A stretch of 64,000 bases of DNA from Coriobacteriia bacterium (GCA_009779855.1 WRBC01000005.1:43115-107114); one strand, 5' to 3'; shown: positions 1 through 9,784, counted from the first letter of the stretch. Numbers and translations are program-made. The notes: a model not told the origin generated them from the letters alone.

Positions 1-51
1 GAAGGGGAAGCCAGCGCTAAACTTAAAGATGCGGGACTGTCTCCGCAGATT

Positions 52-903
52 GTGCACTACAAAAGCTCTAGCGTGCAAAAAGGTAAGGTGTCAGCGCAGA
101 TTCCCAACACGGATTCGCTTGTCGCGCAGCCAGAGGTGAAGTCAAAGGTTGCTTGGATTTTTATCGCCGTTATTATTGCAGCTCTACTGGGGTTAGGTTA
201 CTTCATCTTTGAACGAACTAATATTGAGCCACCTCCCCCCGTTGAGCAAGCTGTTTCTCAAGTGGTTGTGCCCAACCTAATTGGACTAACAGAAGAGAGT
301 GCCACTCTTGAGCTTCAAAAGGCTGACTTAAGCCTAGGACAGGTAACAACAGCATCTGCTGAAGACACTCCTCAGGGGGCCGTGCCTGGAACGGTGATTA
401 GTTCGACCCCTGCAGAAGGTCAGGAAGTTGTGGAGGGCTCGCCCATCTCTATAGTGCTAGCAGCTGAAGCGCCCGGCGAGGCTGCCGATATGGTTCTAGT
501 TCCTAACACGGTAGGTCTGAGCGAAGAGGCCGTGCTCGATATTTTTGAAGAGCTTAATCTGACCGCAAATATAGTCAGATCGCCAGACCTAGAAGTTCCC
601 GAAGGAAACGTCATTATGCAGAGTCCTGCAGGGGAAGCAGAAGTTATTGAGGGCTCCATAGTTGTTGTGGTTATCTCTACAGGGGAACCCTTAGAGCCAA
701 CAGAGATTGAACTGGCAGATGTTACAGGACTACCCGTATCAGAGGCAACATATGAGCTGCAGGAAGCAGGACTTGTGGTGACTCTGCCCCTTATGGGCGG
801 CAGCAATGAGGCGGCCTTGGGTACTGTTGAAGGGCAGATGCCAGAAGCAGGCAGAAGTGTTTTGCTGGGCAGTGTTGTAATTCTAGAAGTCGAAACACAG
901 TAG
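52..903 (+). CDS. PASTA-domain membrane protein (N-terminal TM plus three PASTA-like repeats); frame is open back to nt 1, so the gene may start upstream of the window
   Basis: GTG at 52. TM helix 'VAWIFIAVIIAALLGLGYFIF'. Three ~65-aa repeats with a PASTA pattern (VPNLIGLTEESATLELQKA..., VPNTVGLSEEAVLDIF..., ADVTGLPVSEATYELQEAGL...). No in-frame stop between nt 1 and 51. Confidence 0.6.
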   Translation: MHYKSSSVQKGKVSAQIPNTDSLVAQPEVKSKVAWIFIAVIIAALLGLGYFIFERTNIEPPPPVEQAVSQVVVPNLIGLTEESATLELQKADLSLGQVTTASAEDTPQGAVPGTVISSTPAEGQEVVEGSPISIVLAAEAPGEAADMVLVPNTVGLSEEAVLDIFEELNLTANIVRSPDLEVPEGNVIMQSPAGEAEVIEGSIVVVVISTGEPLEPTEIELADVTGLPVSEATYELQEAGLVVTLPLMGGSNEAALGTVEGQMPEAGRSVLLGSVVILEVETQ

Positions 904-915
904 CAGGATTTTTCT

Positions 916-2817
916 ATGCGCCGTCTGTTCTTGCGCTATCTAAAGCCCTACCCCTTTGCTTTGGTGATGATTGTTGTCACTACTCTTGCGCAGGTGGGCT
1001 TTCAACTGTACTTGCCAACACTAATGAGCAGTATTGTTGACACGGGTATCGTGCGAAAAGGTATGAGCGAACAGGATGCAGCTGCAGGCATCATTGGCAC
1101 CTATGCGACCCAGATGGATTATTTAATCCAGGTTGGCGGCTTAATGTTGGGTGTCACCGTGCTTAGTGGTATTGCTGCCGTGTTAGCAGGTTATTATTGC
1201 TCGCGCGCGTCAGCTGGCCTAGCCCGTGACCTGCGCGAGAAAGTCTTTGCAAAGGTGGAGAATTTCTCACTAGTCGAGATCAATCGTTTCTCGACAGCAT
1301 CATTGATTATCAGATCAACTAATGACATTCAGCAGATTCAGCAAGTATCGTTCATGCTGCTTCGCATGGGCTTGACTGTTCCTGCCTACATTGTAGTTGC
1401 TTTTGCGTTGGCCTTTCGCGAGAATATGCAGCTTTCTTGGATTTTTGCAGCGGTCCTACCCGTGTTTTTTGGAATCTTCCTTGTCACGATGAAGTACGTT
1501 ATGCCCATCTTTAGAAGCATTCAGAAAAAGACGGACCATCTGAACCTGATTGCGCGGGAGGGCCTTACGGGGGTACGTGTTATTCGCGCCTTCAACCGTC
1601 AAGCTTTCCAGCAAGCGCGCTATGCACTGGCCAATGACGACCTGACTGACGCCAATATTCGAGCCTATAAGATCATGATTACCTTGATGCCCTTAGTCAT
1701 GCTGGTGATTCAAATGACTACTATTGTCATCATTTGGTTTGGTGGTCATCTGCTTGCTGATGGCGGTGTTCAGTTAGGTAGCCTGATGGCATTCCAGCAG
1801 TATGTAATGTGGGTACTTTACTCGCTTATGTTCCTATCAATGCTCATGGTAATGGTTCCTCGTGCCAGTGTCTGTGCCGAGCGCGTTATGGAAGTCCTTG
1901 ATACGGAACCAGTAATTAAGGATCCTGTCGAAGGCACTGAATTGGATGTTGAGCAGGCGGCCACTGCAGCTGCTTTGTGCAGTGATGCTGCAGATAGTAG
2001 TGTGACGCCAGTGCCTGTTGTGGTAGGCAGCGATTCGGCAGGTAGTCTAGAATTTGATGATGTCAGCTTTCTTTTCGAGGATCAAAAAGGTGTAGCTGGG
2101 GAGGTCCCCACGCTTTGTAATATCAGCTTCCGTGCACGCCGCGGTCAAACTTTTGCGATTATTGGATCGACTGGCTCAGGAAAATCAACTATCGCAAATC
2201 TTGCGATGCGCTTGTACGATGTAAGCTCTGGACGAATCTTGTTGGATGGCACTGATATTAGACAAATGCCCCAGCAGGATCTTCGCGATCGCATGGGGTA
2301 TATTCCTCAAAAGGCGGTGCTCTTTACGGGCACACTTGCTGAAAATATTCGTTACGGCAAATCAGATGCCAGCGACGAAGAGGTTATCGAAGCACTGAAA
2401 ATCGCGCAGGCGTGGGATTTCGTTGAGCAGCTTCCAGAGGGTCTGGATACAGAGGTTGCACAGGGCGGAACGAATTTCTCTGGTGGACAAAGACAGCGTC
2501 TGGCTATTGCCCGCGCCCTGGTCAAAAAGCCTGAAGTCTACCTGTTTGATGATAGTTTCTCTGCGCTAGATTTGCGTACTGATGCCCAGTTACGCACAGC
2601 ATTAAAACCGCTGCAAGAAAACAGCACCATGGTTATCGTTGCTCAGCGCATTATGACTATTCAGGATGCTGATCAAATTATGGTTCTAGAGGACGGACGT
2701 GTCGGTGGAATAGGCACGCATGACGAACTTATGGCAAGCAATAAGGTCTATCAAGAGATCGCGGCCTCCCAGTTAACTGCAGAGGAGGTGGCACACTATG
2801 GCAAACAGTGCAAATGA
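916..2817 (+). CDS. ABC exporter permease/ATPase fusion, subunit 1 of a heterodimer; the nucleotide-binding site looks degenerate
   Basis: 6-TM domain followed by an NBD: Walker A 'GSTGSGKST', signature 'FSGGQRQRLAIARAL'. Walker B reads 'YLFDDSFSALD' (catalytic Glu replaced by Asp) and the H-loop reads 'VAQRIMTI' (His replaced by Gln). Overlaps the next gene by 20 nt. Confidence 0.9.
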   Translation: MRRLFLRYLKPYPFALVMIVVTTLAQVGFQLYLPTLMSSIVDTGIVRKGMSEQDAAAGIIGTYATQMDYLIQVGGLMLGVTVLSGIAAVLAGYYCSRASAGLARDLREKVFAKVENFSLVEINRFSTASLIIRSTNDIQQIQQVSFMLLRMGLTVPAYIVVAFALAFRENMQLSWIFAAVLPVFFGIFLVTMKYVMPIFRSIQKKTDHLNLIAREGLTGVRVIRAFNRQAFQQARYALANDDLTDANIRAYKIMITLMPLVMLVIQMTTIVIIWFGGHLLADGGVQLGSLMAFQQYVMWVLYSLMFLSMLMVMVPRASVCAERVMEVLDTEPVIKDPVEGTELDVEQAATAAALCSDAADSSVTPVPVVVGSDSAGSLEFDDVSFLFEDQKGVAGEVPTLCNISFRARRGQTFAIIGSTGSGKSTIANLAMRLYDVSSGRILLDGTDIRQMPQQDLRDRMGYIPQKAVLFTGTLAENIRYGKSDASDEEVIEALKIAQAWDFVEQLPEGLDTEVAQGGTNFSGGQRQRLAIARALVKKPEVYLFDDSFSALDLRTDAQLRTALKPLQENSTMVIVAQRIMTIQDADQIMVLEDGRVGGIGTHDELMASNKVYQEIAASQLTAEEVAHYGKQCK

Positions 2818-4741
2818 TGAACGCATCCAAAAAGAGCGCAGGCAAGGTTCGCAACACAGCAATGTAAATGCAGGTGCTGCTATTGCTGCCCCTCCTGCAA
2901 AGGTTGATGACTTCAAAGGAACCCTGAAAAAGTTCATAGCATTATTTAAAGAGGACAAACTACATCTTTTCTTGGCTGTGCTGCTGGCAGTGCTAGGTGT
3001 TTTAGCAACGGTGCTTGGGCCCCGAATACTTGCAGAGGCAACTAATGAATTAGCAGACTTTGTAACGGCGACATATGCTGCTTTGCAGGATGCGACTTTA
3101 AATGCGTCGGCAGTTGCCCCAGCGATTGATTTTACTTTCATTGCAAAGATACTTGCAGTAGTGGGTGTGCTCTACTTGTTGGGTGCTGCATTTAGTTATA
3201 TCCAGCAACGCCTAATCATTCATGTAACGCAGAAACTTATTCATGGGCTGCGTCAGAAAGCATCTGAAAAACTAGACAGATTACCCCTACGTTATTTTGA
3301 TCGCAAGCCTTACGGCGATACCTTGTCACGCATTACCAATGATATTGATTTGATTAATTCCAATCTGCAGCAGGTCATGACGCAAACTTTGACCTCACTG
3401 ATCATGATTGTCGGAATATTAGTCATGATGTTTGTCATCAATTGGATGCTGGCTCTGATTTCATTAATTGCCCTACCAGTGACCATGCTGCTTACTGCTT
3501 GGGTTGCGCCAAAGGCCCAGCGCTTCTTTGGTCGTCAGCAGGCTCAACTGGGTGAACTTAACGGCCAGATTGAAGAAAACTTTAGTGGGCACAATGTTAT
3601 TAAGGCCTTTAATCGCGAGGAAGCCTCTGTAGAGCGCTTTCGTAAGACAAATGAAAAGCTGTATGGTAGTGCATGGAAGGCTCAGTTTTTAACAAGCATC
3701 CTGATGCCGCTGTTTACCTTAATCACCAATATCCAGTATGTGCTTATAGTAGCGATTGCTGCTATATTGACGCGTCCAGAAGTTATGTTCCTAGGCACGA
3801 ATATAGGTGGGCTGCAGATCGGTCTGATCTTGGCGTTTATCCAGTATGTCCACCAATTCCAGCAACCATTGGTTACTACAGCACAGATGGCGAATCTAAT
3901 CCAGGGGACTATTGCTGCAGCAGAACGTGTCTTTGAACTGCTGGAAGAGGACGAAGAGCGTCCAGACGATGAAGAGTCCGCAAAGCATGACAGTCGCCCT
4001 CGTGGTGCGGTAAGTCTAGACAACGTTAACTTTGACTATGTGCCTGACGAACCCTTGATTCGCGATTGGAGCCTAGAAGTAAGTCCTGGTGAAATGGTTG
4101 CAATTGTGGGACCGACTGGTGCAGGCAAGACAACGGTGGTCAATTTACTTATGCGCTTCTATGACGCAGATAGTGGCAAGATTTGTATTGATGGCATTGA
4201 TACTCAAGAAATGACACGTGCTGGTGCCCGTGGATTATTTGGTATGGTGCTACAAGATACGTGGCTCTTTAGCGGAACTATCTATGAAAATATTGCCTAC
4301 GGTCGCGAAGATGCGAGTCGCGAAGAAATCATAGAGGCGGCTAAGACAGCTTTTGCCGATCACTTCATACGTACTTTGCCTGATGGTTACGATACAGTCC
4401 TGCAAGAGGACGCTCAGAACCTGTCAGTTGGACAGCGTCAGTTACTAACAATTGCACGTGCCGTATTGCGTGACGCGCCTATAATGATTCTAGATGAAGC
4501 CACAAGTAGTGTTGACACGAGGACCGAAAAACTGATTCAGGCAGCAATGGCACGTCTTATGCAGGGTCGAACGAGCTTTGTCATAGCTCACCGCCTATCA
4601 ACTATTCGCGACGCAGATAAGATTGTAGTAATGCAGCAGGGCCGTATTGTCGAGACAGGAACTCACGATAATCTACTAAAAAGCGGAGGCTTTTACGCAG
4701 AATTATACCTGTCACAATTCGCTGAAGACGAAGATTCGTAA
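2798..4741 (+). CDS. ABC exporter permease/ATPase fusion, subunit 2 with a canonical catalytic site
   Basis: TMD plus NBD: Walker A 'GPTGAGKTT', Walker B 'IMILDEATSSVD', H-loop 'AHRLSTI'. The signature is degenerate ('LSVGQRQ'). This matches the LmrCD/BmrCD-type asymmetric heterodimer pattern. Confidence 0.9.
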   Translation: MANSANDERIQKERRQGSQHSNVNAGAAIAAPPAKVDDFKGTLKKFIALFKEDKLHLFLAVLLAVLGVLATVLGPRILAEATNELADFVTATYAALQDATLNASAVAPAIDFTFIAKILAVVGVLYLLGAAFSYIQQRLIIHVTQKLIHGLRQKASEKLDRLPLRYFDRKPYGDTLSRITNDIDLINSNLQQVMTQTLTSLIMIVGILVMMFVINWMLALISLIALPVTMLLTAWVAPKAQRFFGRQQAQLGELNGQIEENFSGHNVIKAFNREEASVERFRKTNEKLYGSAWKAQFLTSILMPLFTLITNIQYVLIVAIAAILTRPEVMFLGTNIGGLQIGLILAFIQYVHQFQQPLVTTAQMANLIQGTIAAAERVFELLEEDEERPDDEESAKHDSRPRGAVSLDNVNFDYVPDEPLIRDWSLEVSPGEMVAIVGPTGAGKTTVVNLLMRFYDADSGKICIDGIDTQEMTRAGARGLFGMVLQDTWLFSGTIYENIAYGREDASREEIIEAAKTAFADHFIRTLPDGYDTVLQEDAQNLSVGQRQLLTIARAVLRDAPIMILDEATSSVDTRTEKLIQAAMARLMQGRTSFVIAHRLSTIRDADKIVVMQQGRIVETGTHDNLLKSGGFYAELYLSQFAEDEDS

Positions 4742-5274
4742 TGAGAAGGCAAACGAGTAAGCTCACCAAAAAGCTCATTATTGATGGCTACAATCTGATG
4801 TTTCAGGCTGACCCTTACGCAAGGCTTGCACGCGATGACGAGTGGGATCTTGCCCGCGATGCACTGGTGTCTGACGTTGCGTCTTATGCAGGACAACAGT
4901 TCGAGGCAACAGTCGTATTTGACGGAAAGAATAACCCCGTCAGTAACCGTAAAGATGAGGATAGACTGGGTGTAAAGGTTATCTTTTCTGATTACGGGAA
5001 AAGTGCTGATTCGGTAATAGAGCGCCTGGCAAAGCAGGCAGTTGATGCGGGTATTCAGGTCGAGCTTGTAAGTAGCGATGCCCTAGTCCAGTGGACTTCA
5101 CTTGGCAAAGGGGTAGTGCGTCGTAGCGCGGCAGAGTTTGCTCAGCAACTAGGTTTTGGCTACAGTGAATGGGAACGTGAGCGTGATGCCCATCCTAAGC
5201 GGTCAACGCTTGCTGACAGAGCAGGCCCAGAAGGCGCAGAACTTCTCCGCCGCATTCGTGATGGACGTTCGTAA
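4741..5274 (+). CDS. NYN/YacP-like (Rae1-type) RNase-domain protein
   Basis: 'LIIDGYNLMF...VVFDG...VIFSD' pattern typical of YacP/NYN proteins. Its ATG overlaps the upstream stop by 1 nt. Confidence 0.65.
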   Translation: MRRQTSKLTKKLIIDGYNLMFQADPYARLARDDEWDLARDALVSDVASYAGQQFEATVVFDGKNNPVSNRKDEDRLGVKVIFSDYGKSADSVIERLAKQAVDAGIQVELVSSDALVQWTSLGKGVVRRSAAEFAQQLGFGYSEWERERDAHPKRSTLADRAGPEGAELLRRIRDGRS

Positions 5275-5289
5275 TCATCGCGCTGTGCT

Positions 5290-8200
5290 ATGCTGAAAAC
5301 CAATATGAAGACATTCGAAAATGACTTACAATCTGCTCTAGGATGCAGTGCTGTTTTCGCTAGGCTAATTGCTTCGCGTGGCTTCACCACGGTAGAGGCT
5401 GTTCAAAAGTTCCTTAGCCCCTCCCTTGAAAAAGACTGGCTTGATCCCTATGAGCTTCGCGGCATGGAAGATGTTGTCACAAGACTAGATGCTGCACTTA
5501 CCAATGATGAGCATATCTGTGTTTTTGGCGATTTTGATCTTGACGGAATTAGCGCGACAGCGCTGATGGTTCGTGCCCTGCGGAAACTGGGCGCAACACA
5601 GGTCAGCTATCTTATTCCAAAACGTATTGGTGAAGGATATGGTCTTAGCGCGAACAGTGTACCAAAGCTTCTCTCGCTTGCTCCAGATTTGGTTGTTACG
5701 GTAGACAATGGTGTTTCTGCTGATGCTGAAATCAAGATACTGCAAGACGCAGGTATTGATGTTGTTGTAACTGACCATCATGAACCAGGGGACAACTTAC
5801 CAAAAGGCATTCCCATCCTAAATCCTAAAATGGATCCCGATTATGGCAAGCAGCAGATGGTTGAGGGCTATCCAGAAGAAACAGCTTTTGAGCTGAGTGG
5901 TGCAGCAGTCGCACTAAAGCTTGTGCAAGCACTTGGGGTACGCAGACTGAAGCCTCTTCTGTGGCTAGAGTACTTAGACTTAGCAACTTTAGGTACAGTA
6001 GCTGATGTCATCAATCTAACAGGGGAGAGTCGCGCCCTTGTCGCTGCAGGTATAGAGCAAATGCGTGTACGGCCTTTACCCGGATTGACAGCACTCACTA
6101 GTCAGTTAGCTAATGTTGACCAGGCTCAGATAACAGCACAAAATATTGCCTTTATAATAGGCCCTCGTCTGAATGCCGCGGGTCGTGTAGGGGACCCCGT
6201 AGAGGCTCTGAAATTGTTACTGGAAGATGACCCAGAAACAGCACAAATCCTTGCAAGCCGTCTTATTGATTTGAATCAGCAGCGCCAGGAAGTAGAGCGC
6301 GAATTAGGGGCTGCTGCCGTCGAGCAAGCTCAGCGTAACTACGATGGCCAGCGTGCCTTAGTGCTGGCAGGTGCGGGCTGGCATGAAGGGGTGCGCGGTA
6401 TTGTGGCTTCGCGCCTAGCAGAACGTTATGGTGTGCCCACCATAGTCGCAAGCATCAACGATCAGGGTCTTCTAGAAGGTTCGGCACGTAGCGTAGGCAA
6501 AGTTGATTTGTTTAAGGCCTTTTCAGCTTGCTCTGATCTGTTTAGTCATTTTGGTGGCCATGCGGGGGCAGCTGGTCTTACTCTTAAGGCTACGCGAATC
6601 GACGAATTTAAGCAGCGCCTTTTTGCCTATCTGGACACCCTCCCTCAAGAAGAATTTGCTCAACAGAGGCGTTCTGATATTGAAGTAAACTTGGCGGAAC
6701 TGGACTATGAACTAAGCTGTGAATTCGAACGGCTGGAGCCCTGTGGTGAAGGTAATCCCCGGCCCATTTTTTCAGCGCGTAGCATCGAAGTGACAGAAGC
6801 AAAGGCTGTGGGGGCAGAAGGCACGCACCTTCGCTTCATGGCACAGCAGCAGACTGCTCGCGTGCCTGCTATTTGGTTTCGAGCAGATCATATTGATGAA
6901 TGGCTGAGTGCTCCTAATCAGGCTCCACCTATGGGGGACGCCATTTTCAAATTGGATAAAGATACCTTCCGTGGCCGCAAGGGTGTGCAACTAAACATAA
7001 TTGAGGTATCTATGCAGGGTGACGATTTCCTACGCGGACTGTATGAGCGCGCCCCTGAAATAGTGCAGCGTCGTGAGTATGCAGGAATCAGTGACGCGGA
7101 GAGCTTCCATACGAAACTAGTTGGCGTAACCTTTGAAGGTCGCCAAGAGCTGATAGAGAAACTAACGCTAGATGACAAACTAGAACTACTGCGCGACACG
7201 AATAACGACTTTGACCAAAATGCCATTGCGATAGTGGCAAGCAGGCTGCGCGGAATCAAGGGTGGCCAACTAGGCTTTTTGAATCGTGACCTTGCCCGTG
7301 AATTAGCCCCCGTGATAGATGACGGTACTGACTATCATGTCAGAGTTGCTGACATCACAGGAGGATCCGAGGACACCTCTGCGCGTGGGGTAAACATCCT
7401 TATTGCACGTGCAGACGCAGAAGAGTCTGCGACGCAAGACTTCGAAGCTGGTCTTGCAGAGCGCAGGCGTCTGGCCACCTTGCCTGCTGATCAATTGCGA
7501 GACGAGCTTCGCCGCGTGTTCATAGGTGAGGGCAGACTGCATGATGCACAGGCAAAGACTCTTGACTCGTTGGCTCAGGATAATAATACGCTTACGGTAA
7601 TGGCGACAGGTCGAGGAAAGTCGTTGATTTTCCACATCCATGCTGCAGTTACTGCGATTAAGCAAGGGAAGCCCAGCATTTTCATCTATCCTCTGCGCGC
7701 CTTAGTGTCTGATCAAGCCTATCATCTCGAAGAAGCTTTTGCGCGCATTGGCTTAAAGATTGCGGTAATCACGGGCGAGACCAGTGTCGAGCAGCGCGAA
7801 GATAGTTACGCGCAGCTGTCCAGTGGGCAAATTGATATTGTCTTGACTACTCCGGAATATTTGCATTTTCACGCAGAATCTTTTGCAGCAGTTACGCAAG
7901 TTGGATTTGTCGTAATCGATGAGGCTCATCATATTGGACAGTCCCGCGCGGGAAATCGTCCAGCTTACGCCCAATTGGGTGCAGCTATCGCAAAGTTAGG
8001 TAGCAAGGGAAGAGGTCCAGGCACCAACTCTAGCACAGAAAGTAGCCCAGCTGCCCTGCCCACCACTCTGGCAGTAACCGCAACTGCCGGAACAGAGGTT
8101 GCTGCACGCATCTGTGAAACTTTAGGTATTGAAAAGCGCATCCTAGACCCTCATGTGCGTGAAAATCTTTTGCTGGTTGATAAGCGCACTGAAAAGGCCA

Positions 8201-9099
8201 AGTCCTTCAAGCAAAAATATGTGCTTCAGCTTGCAGAAGAGGGACCCTTAAACCAGGGCTCAAAATTAGTCATTTATGTTAATTCGCGAAAAGAATCAGT
8301 TACTTTGGCGCGCATCATAAGGAAGGCATTGCCAGATCTTGCGTGGAAGACCTCTTTTTATAATGGCGGCATGAAGCGAGCTGAGCGTGCAGAGGTTGAG
8401 TCACGTTTTCGTAGTGGTGACCTGCGCATTATTATAGCTACAAGTGCCTTTGGTGAAGGCGTCAATATTGGTGATATCCGTGACGTTATGTTGTACCATT
8501 TTCCCTTTAGCGCAGTAGAGTTTAACCAGATGTCAGGGCGTGCTGGTCGTGATGGTAAGCCAGCACATATCCATTTGCTATTTAATGAAGAAGACGCCCA
8601 GATAAATCGTTTCATCTTGATGCCTTTGGCCCCCCCGCGCCTTTCGCTAGCTGCGCTTTATCACGTGTTGCGCAGACTTGTAGAAGGAGAAGGCAACGGC
8701 TTCAAAATAACTAATCGTGATCTGGCAGAACTTGCGAATGATCAGCTGCGAAAAACAGGGGCTTTTGATAAGGGCAAGGGACGGAAAAATCACGCCAATG
8801 GCAGTAACGCTGGGGGTGGTCAATCTGCTCGCGACGATGCGCAGGTTTTACGGGAAGAAACAGTTTCGCAAGGCCTGGGTATATTCCGTGAGTTAGGTCT
8901 GGTAACAACTGCAGGACATTCTTCTGCGCGCACCATTACCTTGACAGAAGGTGCAGCCAAAGTAGATCTTCAGTCAAGCGTGCGTTATCTTGAGGGGCAG
9001 GATGAACAAGCGGACTTCGAAACTTTTAGAGAGTGGGCACTTTTTGCTGCAGCAGATGAGTTAAGGGATCGTTTTACCCGTCCTATTTTGCCCCAATAA
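5290..9099 (+). CDS. Fusion protein: RecJ-like ssDNA exonuclease (DHH/DHHA1) + HIRAN-like domain + RecQ-like SF2 helicase
   Basis: N-terminal half: 'FGDFDLDGISATA', 'VVVTDHHEPGD' (DHH motif), 'FGGHAGAAG' (DHHA1 GGGH-like). Middle: 'VGVTFEGRQ...DQNAIAIVASRLRGIKGGQLGFLNRDLARELAP' (HIRAN-like). C-terminal half: 'MATGRGKS' (helicase motif I), 'VIDEAHHIG' (DEAH), 'QMSGRAGRDG' (motif VI). One continuous 1269-aa ORF. Confidence 0.85.
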   Translation: MLKTNMKTFENDLQSALGCSAVFARLIASRGFTTVEAVQKFLSPSLEKDWLDPYELRGMEDVVTRLDAALTNDEHICVFGDFDLDGISATALMVRALRKLGATQVSYLIPKRIGEGYGLSANSVPKLLSLAPDLVVTVDNGVSADAEIKILQDAGIDVVVTDHHEPGDNLPKGIPILNPKMDPDYGKQQMVEGYPEETAFELSGAAVALKLVQALGVRRLKPLLWLEYLDLATLGTVADVINLTGESRALVAAGIEQMRVRPLPGLTALTSQLANVDQAQITAQNIAFIIGPRLNAAGRVGDPVEALKLLLEDDPETAQILASRLIDLNQQRQEVERELGAAAVEQAQRNYDGQRALVLAGAGWHEGVRGIVASRLAERYGVPTIVASINDQGLLEGSARSVGKVDLFKAFSACSDLFSHFGGHAGAAGLTLKATRIDEFKQRLFAYLDTLPQEEFAQQRRSDIEVNLAELDYELSCEFERLEPCGEGNPRPIFSARSIEVTEAKAVGAEGTHLRFMAQQQTARVPAIWFRADHIDEWLSAPNQAPPMGDAIFKLDKDTFRGRKGVQLNIIEVSMQGDDFLRGLYERAPEIVQRREYAGISDAESFHTKLVGVTFEGRQELIEKLTLDDKLELLRDTNNDFDQNAIAIVASRLRGIKGGQLGFLNRDLARELAPVIDDGTDYHVRVADITGGSEDTSARGVNILIARADAEESATQDFEAGLAERRRLATLPADQLRDELRRVFIGEGRLHDAQAKTLDSLAQDNNTLTVMATGRGKSLIFHIHAAVTAIKQGKPSIFIYPLRALVSDQAYHLEEAFARIGLKIAVITGETSVEQREDSYAQLSSGQIDIVLTTPEYLHFHAESFAAVTQVGFVVIDEAHHIGQSRAGNRPAYAQLGAAIAKLGSKGRGPGTNSSTESSPAALPTTLAVTATAGTEVAARICETLGIEKRILDPHVRENLLLVDKRTEKAKSFKQKYVLQLAEEGPLNQGSKLVIYVNSRKESVTLARIIRKALPDLAWKTSFYNGGMKRAERAEVESRFRSGDLRIIIATSAFGEGVNIGDIRDVMLYHFPFSAVEFNQMSGRAGRDGKPAHIHLLFNEEDAQINRFILMPLAPPRLSLAALYHVLRRLVEGEGNGFKITNRDLAELANDQLRKTGAFDKGKGRKNHANGSNAGGGQSARDDAQVLREETVSQGLGIFRELGLVTTAGHSSARTITLTEGAAKVDLQSSVRYLEGQDEQADFETFREWALFAAADELRDRFTRPILPQ

Positions 9100-9117
9100 A
9101 GTGAACGTGCATAAAGC

Positions 9118-9146
9118 TTGACAGAAGACTGTACTAGCAACATAAT
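9118..9146 (+). promoter_or_regulatory. Sigma-70-like promoter (TTGACA-17 nt-CATAAT) upstream of the small membrane protein/YbjQ pair
   Basis: TTGACA at 9118-9123, a 17-nt spacer, CATAAT at 9141-9146. About 12 nt upstream of the ATG at 9159. Confidence 0.45.
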
Positions 9147-9158
9147 ACAGTTTAGGAA

Positions 9159-9416
9159 ATGAGTGAGAGGATTTTAGAGATGTCCAAAAGCAATGTAATA
9201 AGAAAGATGGTTGCACCCATCGTTATTACAGTGATTACCTGCATGTTTCTTATCGGACAAATTGCAGTCTTTTTCTTCATTCCGGAAATGCCTCTGTGGG
9301 GGACCTTCCTTGGCGTTGGTTGCTCATTGCTTGTTTTGGGGGCAATGATTTATGTCCTGATTGAGCGAATTAAAGAGATTAAGAGCGGGGTAGAAGATGA
9401 TCTTGACAACTACTGA
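9159..9416 (+). CDS. Small two-TM membrane protein
   Basis: 85 aa with two hydrophobic helices. Overlaps the downstream YbjQ-like gene by 20 nt. Confidence 0.5.
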   Translation: MSERILEMSKSNVIRKMVAPIVITVITCMFLIGQIAVFFFIPEMPLWGTFLGVGCSLLVLGAMIYVLIERIKEIKSGVEDDLDNY

Positions 9417-9711
9417 CACTATTTCTGGCAGGAATTTCGAGCACTTAGGCCTGGTTAGGGGCAGTACCGTCCAAACAAGAAATGTCGGTCGTGATATTAC
9501 GCAACAGCTAAAGTCATTAGTTGGCGGAGAGCTACATGCCTACACAGAGATGATGAATAATGCACGTGCTCTTGCTACAAAACGTATGGTAGAACAAGCC
9601 ACGGAAATGGGCGCTGATGCCATCGTAACAATTCGCTATAACAGCTCATCGGTAATGCAGGGTTCAGTAGAAATTATTGCGTATGGTACTGCGGTAAAAT
9701 TTACTTCTTAA
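9397..9711 (+). CDS. YbjQ/UPF0145 family protein
   Basis: 'ILTTTDTISGRNFEHLGLVRGSTVQTRNVGRDI...' is typical of the YbjQ family (~104 aa). Confidence 0.8.
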   Translation: MILTTTDTISGRNFEHLGLVRGSTVQTRNVGRDITQQLKSLVGGELHAYTEMMNNARALATKRMVEQATEMGADAIVTIRYNSSSVMQGSVEIIAYGTAVKFTS

Positions 9712-9784
9712 TATGTAATACCCAGACTAAAGTGCAGTAATCAGACGTCTTTGTCTGAAGCCCCGTTAGAGCGAGAATTCTAAT

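Noticed and set aside
420-806. Antisense and overlapping ORFs inside well-supported genes (e.g. 420-806, 2773-3141, 3682-4023, 13804-14277, 49565-49807, 50323-50727, 60628-61119)
   Set aside because: They lie opposite or out of frame within genes with strong motif support. Their compositions are low-complexity (S/A/R-rich), typical of shadow ORFs. None has an RBS or recognisable motif.
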